64,000 nucleotides of DNA from an uncultured Candidatus Rokubacteria bacterium (GCA_963771355.1 CAVYTA010000005.1:768001-832000); one strand, 5' to 3'. Positions 53,355 to 63,066 are shown, counted from the stretch's first letter. Made by a program: numbers and translations. Notes: a model not told the origin generated them from the letters alone.

Positions 53355-53615
53355 ATGCGCGGGCTCCTCGTCCTCGCCGTCCTGGCCGTGCTGATCCTCA
53401 CCGTGTGGCCGCTGGTGCGGAGCGTGCTCGCGCGGATGAGCGGTCCCCCGGCGGTGGAGGGCGGCGGCGCGCGCGACGAGCTGGTGAAGGATCCCGTGTG
53501 CCAGACCTACGTGGTCCGATCGCGGGCCATCCGGAACGAGGCGGGCGGGCGTTCGGTGTACTTCTGCAGCCCGCGCTGCGCGGAGCAGTTCCGGGAGCGG
53601 GAGCGCTCCGCGTGA
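53355..53615 (+). CDS. Membrane-anchored YHS/TRASH domain protein
   Basis: N-terminal TM; KDPVCQTY..YFCSPRC. Confidence 0.85.
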   Translation: MRGLLVLAVLAVLILTVWPLVRSVLARMSGPPAVEGGGARDELVKDPVCQTYVVRSRAIRNEAGGRSVYFCSPRCAEQFRERERSA

Positions 53616-54448
53616 GGCTCGCGCTCTCGGGCGCCTGCGCGCCCGACTGGGCCCTCGACGACGAGCTGGGTGCCGCCGCCGCGGCGGGCTTCGAGGCCAT
53701 CGAGCTGTGGCTCCCCAAGCTCTGGGCCGGGCTGGAGCGTTCGGGGCCCGAGGCGGTGGCCACGCTCCTCAAGCGCCGCCGCCTCGCCGCCGCCGCGCTG
53801 GCGCCGATCGCGGCGGCGACCTTCCGGGACCGCGGGGGGCTCGAGGCCGTCACCGCGCAGGTGCACGGCGCCGCCGCGCTGGCCCGCGGCCTCGGCGCGC
53901 CCTGGGTGGTGGTGCAGCCGGGCGAGCGGCCCGACGGCGCCGACGAACGCGATGTCTTCCGCGAGGCGCGCCACACCTTCGGCCAGCTCGCCCTCGCCGT
54001 GGAGCGCTACGACGTCGGGCTCGCCATCATGCCGATCGGCTACGCCTGGTCCTCGCTGCGCAGCATCCGCGAGGCGGGCGACGTCATCGAGACGGTCGGA
54101 CGCCGCTCGCTCGGGCTGGCGCTGGACACCTTCCACATGCACATCGCCGGCTCGCGCCCGGAGGACGTGGGCCGCCTCCGTCCGCGCTGGATCGGGCTGG
54201 TGCGGCTGGCCGATGCGCCCGCGGGCGCGGTCGAGCTGCTCCGCGATCAGCACCGGCTGCCGCCCGGCGAGGGCGTCCTGCCCCTCGCCGACATCGTGGG
54301 CCGGGTGCGCGCGCTCGGCGCCGACGCCACCGCGGTGGTGGCCTGCCCGTTGCCGGGGGGGCACGGGGAGGCGGCGGGCTGGGTGCAGCACCTCCACGAG
54401 CGCGCCGCCGCCCTGCTCCGCGCGCCGGTGCCGGCCGGGCGCCGCTGA
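53612..54448 (+). CDS. Xylose isomerase-like TIM barrel (sugar phosphate isomerase/epimerase), degenerate metal site
   Basis: AAGFEAIELW, LDTFH, RLPPGEGVLPL. Confidence 0.8.
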   Translation: MRLALSGACAPDWALDDELGAAAAAGFEAIELWLPKLWAGLERSGPEAVATLLKRRRLAAAALAPIAAATFRDRGGLEAVTAQVHGAAALARGLGAPWVVVQPGERPDGADERDVFREARHTFGQLALAVERYDVGLAIMPIGYAWSSLRSIREAGDVIETVGRRSLGLALDTFHMHIAGSRPEDVGRLRPRWIGLVRLADAPAGAVELLRDQHRLPPGEGVLPLADIVGRVRALGADATAVVACPLPGGHGEAAGWVQHLHERAAALLRAPVPAGRR

Positions 54449-54450
54449 GC

Positions 54451-55260
54451 ATGCGCTGGGAGCTGCTCGTCTGCGACCTCGACGGCACGCTGGTCGACAA
54501 GAAGACGGGAATCGATCCAGCCCTGGTGGACGGGTTCCACCGCGCGCGCGAGCACGGCCTCCTCGTTTCCCTCGCCACCGGACGCATGCCGCCGGGCGCC
54601 GAGCGCTTTCGTGACGAGCTGGGCCTGACCGCGCCCTGCATCTTCTACAACGGGGCGCTGGTCCGGGACCACGAGGCGGGCCGCGACCTCTTCTCCCTCA
54701 CGCTGCCGCGCGGACTGCTTCGCGAGATCTACGACGTCTTCTCCAACGCGCCCGTGCATCCGCTCTTCTACCGGGACGACCGGCTCTATTGCCTGGAGCA
54801 GACCTTCCCGGTGCTGGAGTACGCGGAGGAGCAGCGGCTACAGGTGGAGGCGATCCCCGACCCGGACGACTTCCTCCGTCTGGGCGCCTTCGTGAAGAGC
54901 CTCTTCATCGGGCATCCCGCCACCCTCCCCCTCGTGCGCGCCGAGCTGGAGGCCGCGGTGCAGCCGGACGCGCGGCTGGTGATGACGCGCACCGACTATC
55001 TGGAGCTCATCCCCGCCGCCGCGTCCAAGGGAGTGGCGCTCCGCTACCTCTGCGAGCACCTGGGCGTGCCGCTGAGCCAGACCATTGCGGTGGGAGACCA
55101 GGAGAACGATCTGGAGATGATCGAGGCGGCCGGGCTGGGCGTGGCGATGCCCGATGCGCCGGCGCGCGTCCGCGCCGCCGCCGGCCGGGTGGCGCCGAGC
55201 GCCCGGGACGGTGGCCTTCTCGCGCTGTTCCGCGAGCTCATGCCCGAACGATTCGTCTGA
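54451..55260 (+). CDS. Cof-type HAD-IIB hydrolase
   Basis: CDLDGTL, ATGR, SKG, GDQENDLEM. Confidence 0.92.
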   Translation: MRWELLVCDLDGTLVDKKTGIDPALVDGFHRAREHGLLVSLATGRMPPGAERFRDELGLTAPCIFYNGALVRDHEAGRDLFSLTLPRGLLREIYDVFSNAPVHPLFYRDDRLYCLEQTFPVLEYAEEQRLQVEAIPDPDDFLRLGAFVKSLFIGHPATLPLVRAELEAAVQPDARLVMTRTDYLELIPAAASKGVALRYLCEHLGVPLSQTIAVGDQENDLEMIEAAGLGVAMPDAPARVRAAAGRVAPSARDGGLLALFRELMPERFV

Positions 55261-55264
55261 CGCC

Positions 55265-55633
55265 TTGCCCTCCCGGGTCCTCATCGTCGACGACGAACCC
55301 GAGATCGGTCGCCTCCTGGGCCTCATTCTCCGCGGTGCCGGCTTCGAGGTCGCCGCGGTCGAGGGCGGTCGGGCCGCTCTCGCGCACCTCGCCGCGTCCG
55401 CGACCGACCTCGTCCTCCTCGACGTGATCATGCCGGAGCTGGACGGCTTCGAGACGCTGCGCCGCATCCGCGAGACCCCCGCCACCGCGACCTTGCCCGT
55501 GCTGATGCTCACCGCCAGTGCCGGCGCCGCCGATCGGGCCCGCGCGGAGAGCCTCGGCGCCAACGACTTCATCGCCAAGCCTTTCGATCCCGCCGACGTG
55601 GTGGAGCGCGTCCGCGCGGGCCTCGGAGCCTGA
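55265..55633 (+). CDS. Single-domain response regulator receiver
   Basis: VLIVDDE, LLDVIMP, MLTA, FIAKPF; TTG start inferred. Confidence 0.88.
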   Translation: MPSRVLIVDDEPEIGRLLGLILRGAGFEVAAVEGGRAALAHLAASATDLVLLDVIMPELDGFETLRRIRETPATATLPVLMLTASAGAADRARAESLGANDFIAKPFDPADVVERVRAGLGA

Positions 55634-55737
55634 GCGGCGCCTCGCGATCAAGGGGACGGCCGACGTGAAGTCACGGATGGAGACGGAGTGGGACACGATC
55701 GCCAGGAGCAACCAATCTCAAAGCGGGAGGAGACCCG

Positions 55738-56280
55738 ATGCCCCGAGTGCGTGAGATCGAGGACGACGGCGGTGACCCGATCCTGAAGGAGATCTTTGCC
55801 AAGGAGACGGAGATCTTCGGCCATGTGCTCAATACCACCAAGGTGATGGCGCATACGCCGCCCATTCTCAAGGCGGCCAAGCAGCTGGGCGCCTCCATCG
55901 AGAAGTCCGGGCTGCTCCCCGCCTCGCTCATCCCGCTCCTGAACCTGCGCGTGGCGCTCATCAACGGGTGCCCCTTCTGAATCGACATCAATGCATCCCG
56001 GGGGATGCAGGCGGGGGCGTCCGACGACAAGATCCGGCAGGTGCCGACCTGGCGCGAGAGCAGCCTCTTCTCGCCGGTGGAGCGCGACGCGCTGGAGTAC
56101 GCCGAGCGCCTGACCGTCACCGGCGACAAGGTCACCGACGAGCTCTTCGCGCGGCTGCGCGGGCACTTCAGCGAGGCGCAGATGGTGGAGCTGACCGCGG
56201 TGGTGGCGCTCGAGAACTTCCGCTCCAAGTTCAATCCGCCGCTGGGCATCGAGGCGCAGGGCTTCTGCGTGCTGCGCTGA
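55738..56280 (+). CDS. AhpD/carboxymuconolactone decarboxylase-like selenoprotein (UGA=Sec at 55978-55980)
   Basis: ORFs 55738-55980 and 56005-56280 are in frame; readthrough gives RVALINGCPF-U-IDIN where the family has CxxC; SECIS-like hairpin 11 nt after UGA. Confidence 0.85.
55992..56009 (+). other. Putative bacterial SECIS hairpin
   Basis: TGCATCC-cggg-GGATGCA begins 11 nt after the in-frame UGA. Confidence 0.65.
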
Positions 56281-56346
56281 GCGGGACGCCGCCGGCGTGA
56301 GCGCGAGACGGGGGATCCCCGCCGCCGCCGGCGCTTTCTTCCGCGC

Positions 56347-57525
56347 ATGAGCGTCACGGGGCGCGAGTTCCGCGCGCGCTGGGTCATGCCGTTCGCGATG
56401 TTCGTGGGCACCTTCGCCTGGTCCTTCGTCTACGTGAGCCTGCCCTTCTACATCCATCGCCTGAGCACGCTGGACGAGGCGTCCACGATCAGATGGACCG
56501 GGTGGATTCTCGGGATCAGCCCGCTCATCACCGTGGTGATCGCGCCCATCTCGGGGCGGCTGGCCGGACGCGGCGATCCCAAGGCGTTCTACATGGTGGT
56601 GCAGCTGCTGCAGGGGATCGGCTTCGTGCTGATGGCGCTGGCCCGCACCCTCCCCGAGATGCTGGGGGCGCGGCTCCTGCTGGGTCTCATGGGCGCCTCC
56701 TCGACCTTCGCCTTCATCATGGCGGGACAGCGGCCCGGCGGGGACATGCGCCGTGACATCTCGGCCATTCAGTCCGCGATGACGCTGGGGCAGGTGCTGG
56801 GCCCGCCGGTGGGCGCGATGGCGGCCTCGCGCGTCGGCTTCCAGGAGTCCTTTCTCCTCGGTGGCATGCTGCTGTGGGGGTGCTGCGTCATCGTGGGGCT
56901 CGGGGCGCCCACCGGACGGGGGAAGACCGCGGCGGAGGGGCGCCCGGGACGGACCTCCCTGCTCGAGGTGGCGACGGTGTGTCTGCTCGTCCTCGCCGGC
57001 TCCAGCCAGGTGTTCTTCCTCACTGCGATCCTCCCTCAGGTGCTGCCGCCGCTCGGCATCCCCCCGGCGGATACGCTGGAGGTCGGCGGAGTGGTCATCT
57101 TCGTCACCGGCCTCGCCGCCGCGGTGGGCTCGCTGGCGGCGCCGAGGCTGGGCGAGCTGGTGGGCGATCTGCGCGCCATCGTCTGGTTCCTGGGCGCCTC
57201 GTCGCTCCTGCTCGCGCTGCAGGCGCTGGCGCCGGGCGTGTGGAGCTTCAGCGTCCTCCGCTTCTTCCAGGTGTTGTGCATCGCGCCGATCTTCCCCCTC
57301 TCGGTGGCGGCCATCGCCCAGCGCTCGTCCGGCACCGCCATCGGCTTCCTCAACTCCTCGCGGATCGGCGCCGCTTTCGTGGGGCCCGTCGTCGCCACCA
57401 CGCTCGTGACCGTCGCGCCCATCTGGACCGTCTTCGTGACGCTGGCCGCCTTCGGGCTGGCGGTGGTGCCCCTGCTGTACCGGGCCTTCGGCCATCGGGC
57501 CGCGTCGGAGGGCCGCCTGCCGTGA
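56347..57525 (+). CDS. MFS transporter
   Basis: About 12 TM; GRLAGRG motif A-like, ARLLLGLMG, GQVLGPPVG. Confidence 0.88.
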   Translation: MSVTGREFRARWVMPFAMFVGTFAWSFVYVSLPFYIHRLSTLDEASTIRWTGWILGISPLITVVIAPISGRLAGRGDPKAFYMVVQLLQGIGFVLMALARTLPEMLGARLLLGLMGASSTFAFIMAGQRPGGDMRRDISAIQSAMTLGQVLGPPVGAMAASRVGFQESFLLGGMLLWGCCVIVGLGAPTGRGKTAAEGRPGRTSLLEVATVCLLVLAGSSQVFFLTAILPQVLPPLGIPPADTLEVGGVVIFVTGLAAAVGSLAAPRLGELVGDLRAIVWFLGASSLLLALQALAPGVWSFSVLRFFQVLCIAPIFPLSVAAIAQRSSGTAIGFLNSSRIGAAFVGPVVATTLVTVAPIWTVFVTLAAFGLAVVPLLYRAFGHRAASEGRLP

Positions 57526-58622
57526 CCGCCGAGCCGCTCGTGCGCCTCTCCGAGGTGAAGATGGAAGCGGTGGGGAAGCGCCATGGTGACGCGTGGGTGG
57601 TCCGCGACGTGTCCCTGTCCATTCTCCCCGGCGAGTTCTACACTCTGCTCGGCCCCTCCGGCTGCGGCAAGACCACCTTGCTGCGCATGCTCGCGGGCTT
57701 CGCCCGGCCCGACGCCGGCCGCATCGTCCTGGACGACGAGCCCATCGACGCGGTCCCGCCCTGGCGACGCAATGTCGGCATGGTCTTCCCGAGCTCGGCG
57801 CTGTGGCCGCACATGACAGTGGGGGAGAATGTCGCCTTCGGCCTTCGCGCGCGCGGCGTCCGCGGCGCGGAGCTCACCCGCCGCGTGGGGGAGGCCCTCG
57901 AGCAGGTGGGGCTCCGCGGCTTCGACGCGCGCCGGCCTTCTGAGCTCTCCGGCGGGCAGCCGCAGCGGGCGGCGCTGGCCCGGACCCTCGTCGTCCGTCC
58001 GCGCCTGCTCCTGCTCGACGAGCCGCTGTCGGGCCTGGACGCGCCGCTCCGCGGCCCCATGCGGCTCGAGCTCGCGCGGTTGCACCGCGAGGTGGGGATC
58101 ACCACGCTCTACGCCACTGCCGATCCGGCCGAGGCCCTCGCGCTCTCCACGCGCATCGCGGTGCTCTCGGGCGGCCGGCTCGTCCAGGAAGGGCGACCAG
58201 AAGAGGTGTACTGGCGTCCGCGCACGCGCTTCGTGGCGGAGTTCGTCGGCGCGGCCAACCTCGTGCCGGTGCGGGTGGTCGAGCGGCGCGAGATGGGCGT
58301 GCTGGTGGAGACGGACGGGGGGGCGCGCGTCCCCGTGGGCCACGGCGGCCGCGAGTGGAGCGTGGGGGCGCGGGCGCTGCTCTGCCTCCGTCCCGAGGCG
58401 CTCCGGATCGACGAGGCCGCGCTGGTTCCGGGCGGCATCGCGGGCACGGTGGCCTCGTATATCTTCGAGGGCGGGCGCGCGCTGTACGACGTCGCCATTC
58501 GGGACGCGGTGATTCGCGTGGAGATGATCACCTCCGCGCGGGTGGGCCGCGGCTTCAAGCCGGGCGACCACGTCAAGGTGGAGGTGTCGCCGGAGACCTC
58601 CATCCTGCTTCCCGCGGAGTAG
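57522..58622 (+). CDS. PotA/CysA-family ABC ATPase with degenerate Q- and H-loops
   Basis: GPSGCGKTT, LSGGQ, LLLDEP and TOBE present; VFPSSAL and YATADP replace VFQ and THDQ. Confidence 0.85.
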   Translation: MTAEPLVRLSEVKMEAVGKRHGDAWVVRDVSLSILPGEFYTLLGPSGCGKTTLLRMLAGFARPDAGRIVLDDEPIDAVPPWRRNVGMVFPSSALWPHMTVGENVAFGLRARGVRGAELTRRVGEALEQVGLRGFDARRPSELSGGQPQRAALARTLVVRPRLLLLDEPLSGLDAPLRGPMRLELARLHREVGITTLYATADPAEALALSTRIAVLSGGRLVQEGRPEEVYWRPRTRFVAEFVGAANLVPVRVVERREMGVLVETDGGARVPVGHGGREWSVGARALLCLRPEALRIDEAALVPGGIAGTVASYIFEGGRALYDVAIRDAVIRVEMITSARVGRGFKPGDHVKVEVSPETSILLPAE

Positions 58623-58659
58623 TGGTATCGTACGCGAACCGAGACCAGGAGGCGGATCC

Positions 58660-58980
58660 ATGGCCCAGGAGATGAAGGTGGCGGAGCTCAAGCGGCGAAT
58701 GGACGCGCACGAGCCCGTGGTGGTGCTCGACGTCCGCGACCCGTGGGAGACCGAGCTCGCGCGGCTCGATCACGCCGTCCACATCCCCATGGAGGAGATC
58801 GAGCTCCGGACGGAGGAGCTCGACCCCAAGGCGGAGACGGTGGTGTATTGCCATCACGGCGTGCGCAGCGCCGCCGTCGCGGAGTACCTCGCGCGCCTGG
58901 GCTTCGACAAGGTGTGGAATCTCGAGGGCGGCATCGACCAGTGGGCGCGGAAGGTGGACCCCCGGATGAAGCGCTATTGA
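58660..58980 (+). CDS. Rhodanese-like sulfurtransferase
   Basis: LDVRDPWE, YCHHGVRS, NLEGGIDQW. Confidence 0.92.
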   Translation: MAQEMKVAELKRRMDAHEPVVVLDVRDPWETELARLDHAVHIPMEEIELRTEELDPKAETVVYCHHGVRSAAVAEYLARLGFDKVWNLEGGIDQWARKVDPRMKRY

Positions 58981-58993
58981 GCGGAGGGCCCGC

Positions 58994-59764
58994 ATGACCG
59001 CTGACGGGACCGTTCACGTCGAGCGGCGCGGCGGCTGCGCCTGGGTGACGCTCGACCGGCCGCCGCTCAATCTTCTCGAGCCCGGCGTCATCCGCGCGCT
59101 CCGCGACACGTTCGCCGGCCTCGCGTGCGATCCCGCCGTCCGCGCGGCGGTGGTGACGGGGGCCGGACGCGCCACCACCGGCGGCATGCAGATCCAGTTC
59201 CTCATGGACCTGGGCCCGGCGGAGGCCAAGCTCTTCATCACCCAGCTCCACGAGGCCATCCAGTCCGTGCACGAGGCGCCCTTTCCCACCATCTGCATGG
59301 TGAACGGGCCCTGCCTGGGCGCGGGCTTCGAGCTGGCCCTGGCCTGTGACCTGCGGGTGATGTCGACGGAGGCCAGCTTCGGGCTGCCCGAGATCCGCAT
59401 CGGGGTGCCGTCGGTGATCGAGGCGGCGCTTCTCCCCGGCATGGTGGGCCCGGCGCGCGCCGCCGAGATCCTGCTGCTCGGCGCGCCGGTGACGGCGGCC
59501 CAGGCGCTCGAGTGGGGCCTGGTGAACCGCGTGGTGCCTCCGTCGGAGCTGGAGGCGGTGACTCAGGGGCTGGTGGAGTCGATCCTGGCCTTCGCGCCCA
59601 CCGCGGTCCGGCTCCAGAAGGAGCTGATCGTGCGCTGGCGCAATACCGATCTCCGCACCGCCATCGAGTCCGGCATCAACGCCTTCGCGCAGTCCTATGC
59701 CACCGGAGAGCCCCGCGAGGCCATGCTGGCCTATCTCGAGAAGCGGAAGCCCCGCTTCGCCTGA
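58994..59764 (+). CDS. Enoyl-CoA hydratase/isomerase family
   Basis: GAGFELALACD, FGLPEIRIG, LEKRKPRF. Confidence 0.92.
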   Translation: MTADGTVHVERRGGCAWVTLDRPPLNLLEPGVIRALRDTFAGLACDPAVRAAVVTGAGRATTGGMQIQFLMDLGPAEAKLFITQLHEAIQSVHEAPFPTICMVNGPCLGAGFELALACDLRVMSTEASFGLPEIRIGVPSVIEAALLPGMVGPARAAEILLLGAPVTAAQALEWGLVNRVVPPSELEAVTQGLVESILAFAPTAVRLQKELIVRWRNTDLRTAIESGINAFAQSYATGEPREAMLAYLEKRKPRFA

Positions 59765-59782
59765 GCGCGTCCCGTCACGTCT

Positions 59783-60538
59783 GTGCCGCGCCCCGTTCGT
59801 GCCGTCACCGTGGACTTCTGGGGCACGCTCGTCTTCGAGGGGCCGCGCGCGGACGACCGCTACCGGGAGCGGCGCCTCACCGATTTCGAGACCATCCTGC
59901 GGGCCGCAGGCTTCCGCGTGGCGGGGCGGGCGCTGGCGCGGGGCTACGAGCAGTCCGGCCGCGAGCTCACCTGGGTCTGGTCCGAGAACCGGGACGTGCC
60001 GGTGCTGCGTCACGTGGCCTCCGTGCTCGAGGGCGCCGAGCCGGGGCTGTCCGCGCGGGTGTCGAGCGCGACCCTCGAGGCTCTCGTCGAGGCCTACGCC
60101 GCGCCCGCGCTCCTGGTACCGCCCCATCCGGACACGGGGGCGCGCGCCGGGCTCGAGGCGCTGGTCGCGCGCGGGCTTCGGCTGGCGGTGATCTCGAATA
60201 CCATGCGGACTCCCGGCCGTACCCTCCGGCGCATCCTCGAGGGCCACGGGCTCCTCGCACCGTTCCAGCACCTGACCTTCTCCGATGAGGTGGGGGTGCG
60301 GAAGCCGGCGGCGGAGATCTTCCGCCTCACCCTGGACGTCCTCGGCATTCCCGCGGCGGAGGCCGTCCACGTGGGCGACGACGCCGTGCTCGACGTGACG
60401 GGCGCGCGCGAGGCGGGCCTTCGGACGGTGCAGGTGGTGGCGGCGGGCCGCGAGCCCGCCTCGCCCGCGCCCGACGTCGTCATCGAAGGGCTCGGCGACC
60501 TGCCGGGCGCCATCGAGACGCTGGAGCGGCGCGCGTGA
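59783..60538 (+). CDS. HAD-IA hydrolase
   Basis: DFWGTL, ISNT, RKP, HVGDD..D. Confidence 0.85.
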   Translation: MPRPVRAVTVDFWGTLVFEGPRADDRYRERRLTDFETILRAAGFRVAGRALARGYEQSGRELTWVWSENRDVPVLRHVASVLEGAEPGLSARVSSATLEALVEAYAAPALLVPPHPDTGARAGLEALVARGLRLAVISNTMRTPGRTLRRILEGHGLLAPFQHLTFSDEVGVRKPAAEIFRLTLDVLGIPAAEAVHVGDDAVLDVTGAREAGLRTVQVVAAGREPASPAPDVVIEGLGDLPGAIETLERRA

Positions 60539-61281
60539 TCCGCGCGGTCACGTTCGACTTCTGGCAGACCTTGGTCGACGACTCGCCCGACAATCTCGCC
60601 GCCCAGCGGCGCCTCCGCCTCGAGGCGCTGCGGGCCGCGCTGGCGGGGGCGGGGATGCCGGTCGATCCCGCGGAGGTCGAGGCGGGCTACGAGCGGTCGC
60701 AGCAGGTGCTCGACGCGCGCTTCTGGAGCCAGCACCGCGATCCCGCTTTCCCGGAGCAGGTGCGCATCGTGCTGGAGTGCGTGGTTCCCGGCGCGGCCGC
60801 GCGGGTGGCGGGCGGGGCGCTCGAGGCGCTCGAGCGCGGCTATGCGGAGCCCGTCCTGCGCTTTCCGCCCACCCTTTGCCCGGGCGCGGGCGAGGCGGTG
60901 CGCGAGCTCGCCGCGCGCGGCATCGCGCTCGGCATCGTCTCCAATACTGGCCGTACGCCGGGCCTGGTGCTGCGGCGCTTCCTCGAGGGGCATGACCTCC
61001 TCCGCTGGTTCCGCGCGGTCACCTACTCGGACGAGATCGGCCGCCGCAAGCCGGACGGCGAGATCTTCCGGCGCACCCTGGCCAAGCTGGGTCCCGAGGT
61101 GGCGGGGGTGCCGGCCGAGGTCGCCCATATCGGCGACAATCCCGAGGCCGACGTGGCGGGGGCCCGGGGCATGGGTATCCGGGCCGTGCACTACGCGGCG
61201 GGGGGTCGGACGCCCTCGCCCCTGGCCGATCTGGTGGTGACCGACCTGGCCGACTTTCCAGACCGCTTGCGGGCCCTGTGA
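60535..61281 (+). CDS. HAD-IA hydrolase (paralog of the upstream gene)
   Basis: DFWQTL, VSNT, RKP, HIGDNPEAD. Confidence 0.88.
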   Translation: MIRAVTFDFWQTLVDDSPDNLAAQRRLRLEALRAALAGAGMPVDPAEVEAGYERSQQVLDARFWSQHRDPAFPEQVRIVLECVVPGAAARVAGGALEALERGYAEPVLRFPPTLCPGAGEAVRELAARGIALGIVSNTGRTPGLVLRRFLEGHDLLRWFRAVTYSDEIGRRKPDGEIFRRTLAKLGPEVAGVPAEVAHIGDNPEADVAGARGMGIRAVHYAAGGRTPSPLADLVVTDLADFPDRLRAL

Positions 61282-61296
61282 TCGGCCGATTTCGTG

Positions 61297-61325
61297 TTGC
61301 GTCATAGAGGGGGTCCGCGTACTCT
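61297..61325 (+). promoter_or_regulatory. Putative sigma70 promoter for apt (near-leaderless)
   Basis: TTGCGT-N17-TACTCT, 8 nt before ATG 61334. Confidence 0.55.
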
Positions 61326-61333
61326 AACCTCGG

Positions 61334-61858
61334 ATGAACACCGCCGAACTGCGCGCAAAGATTCGCGACATCAAGGACTTCCCGACCGAGGGCATCCTCT
61401 TCAAGGACATCACCACCCTCCTCAAGGACGGTCCGGCCTGGGCCTCGGTGATCGACCACCTGGCGGCCAAGTACCAGAGCGGCCTGATCGAGATCGTGGT
61501 GGGGGTGGAGTCGCGCGGGTTTATCTTCGGGGGGGCGGTCGCCCATCAACTCAAGGCCGGCTTCGTGCCCGTCCGCAAGCGTGGCAAGCTGCCCGGCCCG
61601 ACCATCGAGGAGGAGTACGAGCTGGAGTACGGTAAGGACGTCCTGGCCATCCACGAGGACGCCATCCGGTCGGGACAGAAGGTGCTCGTGGTGGACGATC
61701 TGCTCGCCACCGGCGGCACCATGGCGGCCACGCTCCGGCTCATCGAGCGCCTGGGCGGCAAGGTGGTGGGTACCGTGTTTCTCATCGAGCTCGCCTTCCT
61801 CAAGGGGCGGGAGCGCCTGCGCGGCTATGACGTGGACGCGCTCATCACGTACGATTAG
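61334..61858 (+). CDS. apt: Adenine phosphoribosyltransferase
   Basis: DFPTEGILFKDIT, ESRGF, RKRGKLP, VDDLLATGGT. Confidence 0.97.
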   Translation: MNTAELRAKIRDIKDFPTEGILFKDITTLLKDGPAWASVIDHLAAKYQSGLIEIVVGVESRGFIFGGAVAHQLKAGFVPVRKRGKLPGPTIEEEYELEYGKDVLAIHEDAIRSGQKVLVVDDLLATGGTMAATLRLIERLGGKVVGTVFLIELAFLKGRERLRGYDVDALITYD

Positions 61859-61866
61859 GGGACGTC

Positions 61867-63066
61867 ATGCCAGGCACAGCTGATCAGGAGGTCGTCGTCC
61901 TCCGCGGGGCTCGGACGCCCTTCGGGGACTTCGGCGGGGCGCTCCGGGACCTCTCCGCGGCGGAGCTGGGCGCGCATGCCGCGCGCGCGGCGCTCGAGCG
62001 CAGTGGGGTGACGCCCGAGCAGGTGGACCACGCGGTCTTTGGCCATGTCATCCAGGCCTCGGGCGAGGACGCGTATCTCGCCCGGCACGTGGCGCTCAAG
62101 GCCGGCTGTCCGGTGGGCGTGCCCGCGCTCACCGTCAATCGCCTCTGCGGCTCGGGCCTGCAGGCCCTCGTCACCGCCGCGCAATTGATCAAGTTGGGCG
62201 AGGCGGACGTGGTGCTCGCCGGGGGCGCGGAGAATATGTCCCAGCAGCCGCACATCATCCGCGGCGCGCGCTGGGGCCTGCGTTTCCGTCAGGGGCAGCT
62301 CGAGGACAATCTCTGGCTGGCCCTCACCGACGGGTGGAACGGGCTGCCCATGGCGGTCACCGCGGAGAACCTCGCGGCCCGTCAAGGCATCTCCCGAAAA
62401 GAGGCCGACGACTACGCCTATCTGAGCCACCAGCGCGCGGCCGCCGCCCAGCAGAAGGGCTACTTTGCCGAGGAGATCGCGCCGCTCACGCTGAAGGTGC
62501 GCGGGGGCTTCGTCGAGGTGGAGCGCGACGAGCACGTCAAGCCCGATACCACGGTGGAGAAGCTCGCCGCGCTGCCCGCCGCCTTCAAGGAAGGGGGGGT
62601 CGTCACCGCGGGCAATGCCAGCGGCATCAACGACGGCGCCGCCGCGATGGTGGTCACCACGCGCCGGCGCGCGGAGGCGCTCGGCGTCGCGCCGCTCGGC
62701 CGCATCGTGTCCTGGGGCGTGGCCGGCGTGGATCCGGACATCATGGGCATCGGCCCCGTGCCGGCCTCGCGGCAGGCGCTGCACCGGGCGGGTCTCACCG
62801 TGGAGGCCCTCGACGTGGTGGAGATCAACGAGGCCTTCGCCGCCCAGTATCTGGCGGTGGAGCGCGAGCTCGGCCTCGATCGCGCCCGGACCAATGTCAA
62901 TGGCGGCGCGGTGGCGCTCGGGCATCCGGTGGGCGCCTCCGGGGCACGGCTGGCGCTGACCACGCTGCACGAGCTGGCCCGCCGGGACGGCCGCTTCGGC
63001 CTCGCCAGCCTCTGCATCGGCGGCGGACAGGGGATCGCCATGGTATTCGAGGCGCTCCATGATTAG
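61867..63066 (+). CDS. Acetyl-CoA C-acyltransferase (thiolase)
   Basis: NRLCGSG, NEAFA, GHPVGASG, CIGGGQG. Confidence 0.95.
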   Translation: MPGTADQEVVVLRGARTPFGDFGGALRDLSAAELGAHAARAALERSGVTPEQVDHAVFGHVIQASGEDAYLARHVALKAGCPVGVPALTVNRLCGSGLQALVTAAQLIKLGEADVVLAGGAENMSQQPHIIRGARWGLRFRQGQLEDNLWLALTDGWNGLPMAVTAENLAARQGISRKEADDYAYLSHQRAAAAQQKGYFAEEIAPLTLKVRGGFVEVERDEHVKPDTTVEKLAALPAAFKEGGVVTAGNASGINDGAAAMVVTTRRRAEALGVAPLGRIVSWGVAGVDPDIMGIGPVPASRQALHRAGLTVEALDVVEINEAFAAQYLAVERELGLDRARTNVNGGAVALGHPVGASGARLALTTLHELARRDGRFGLASLCIGGGQGIAMVFEALHD

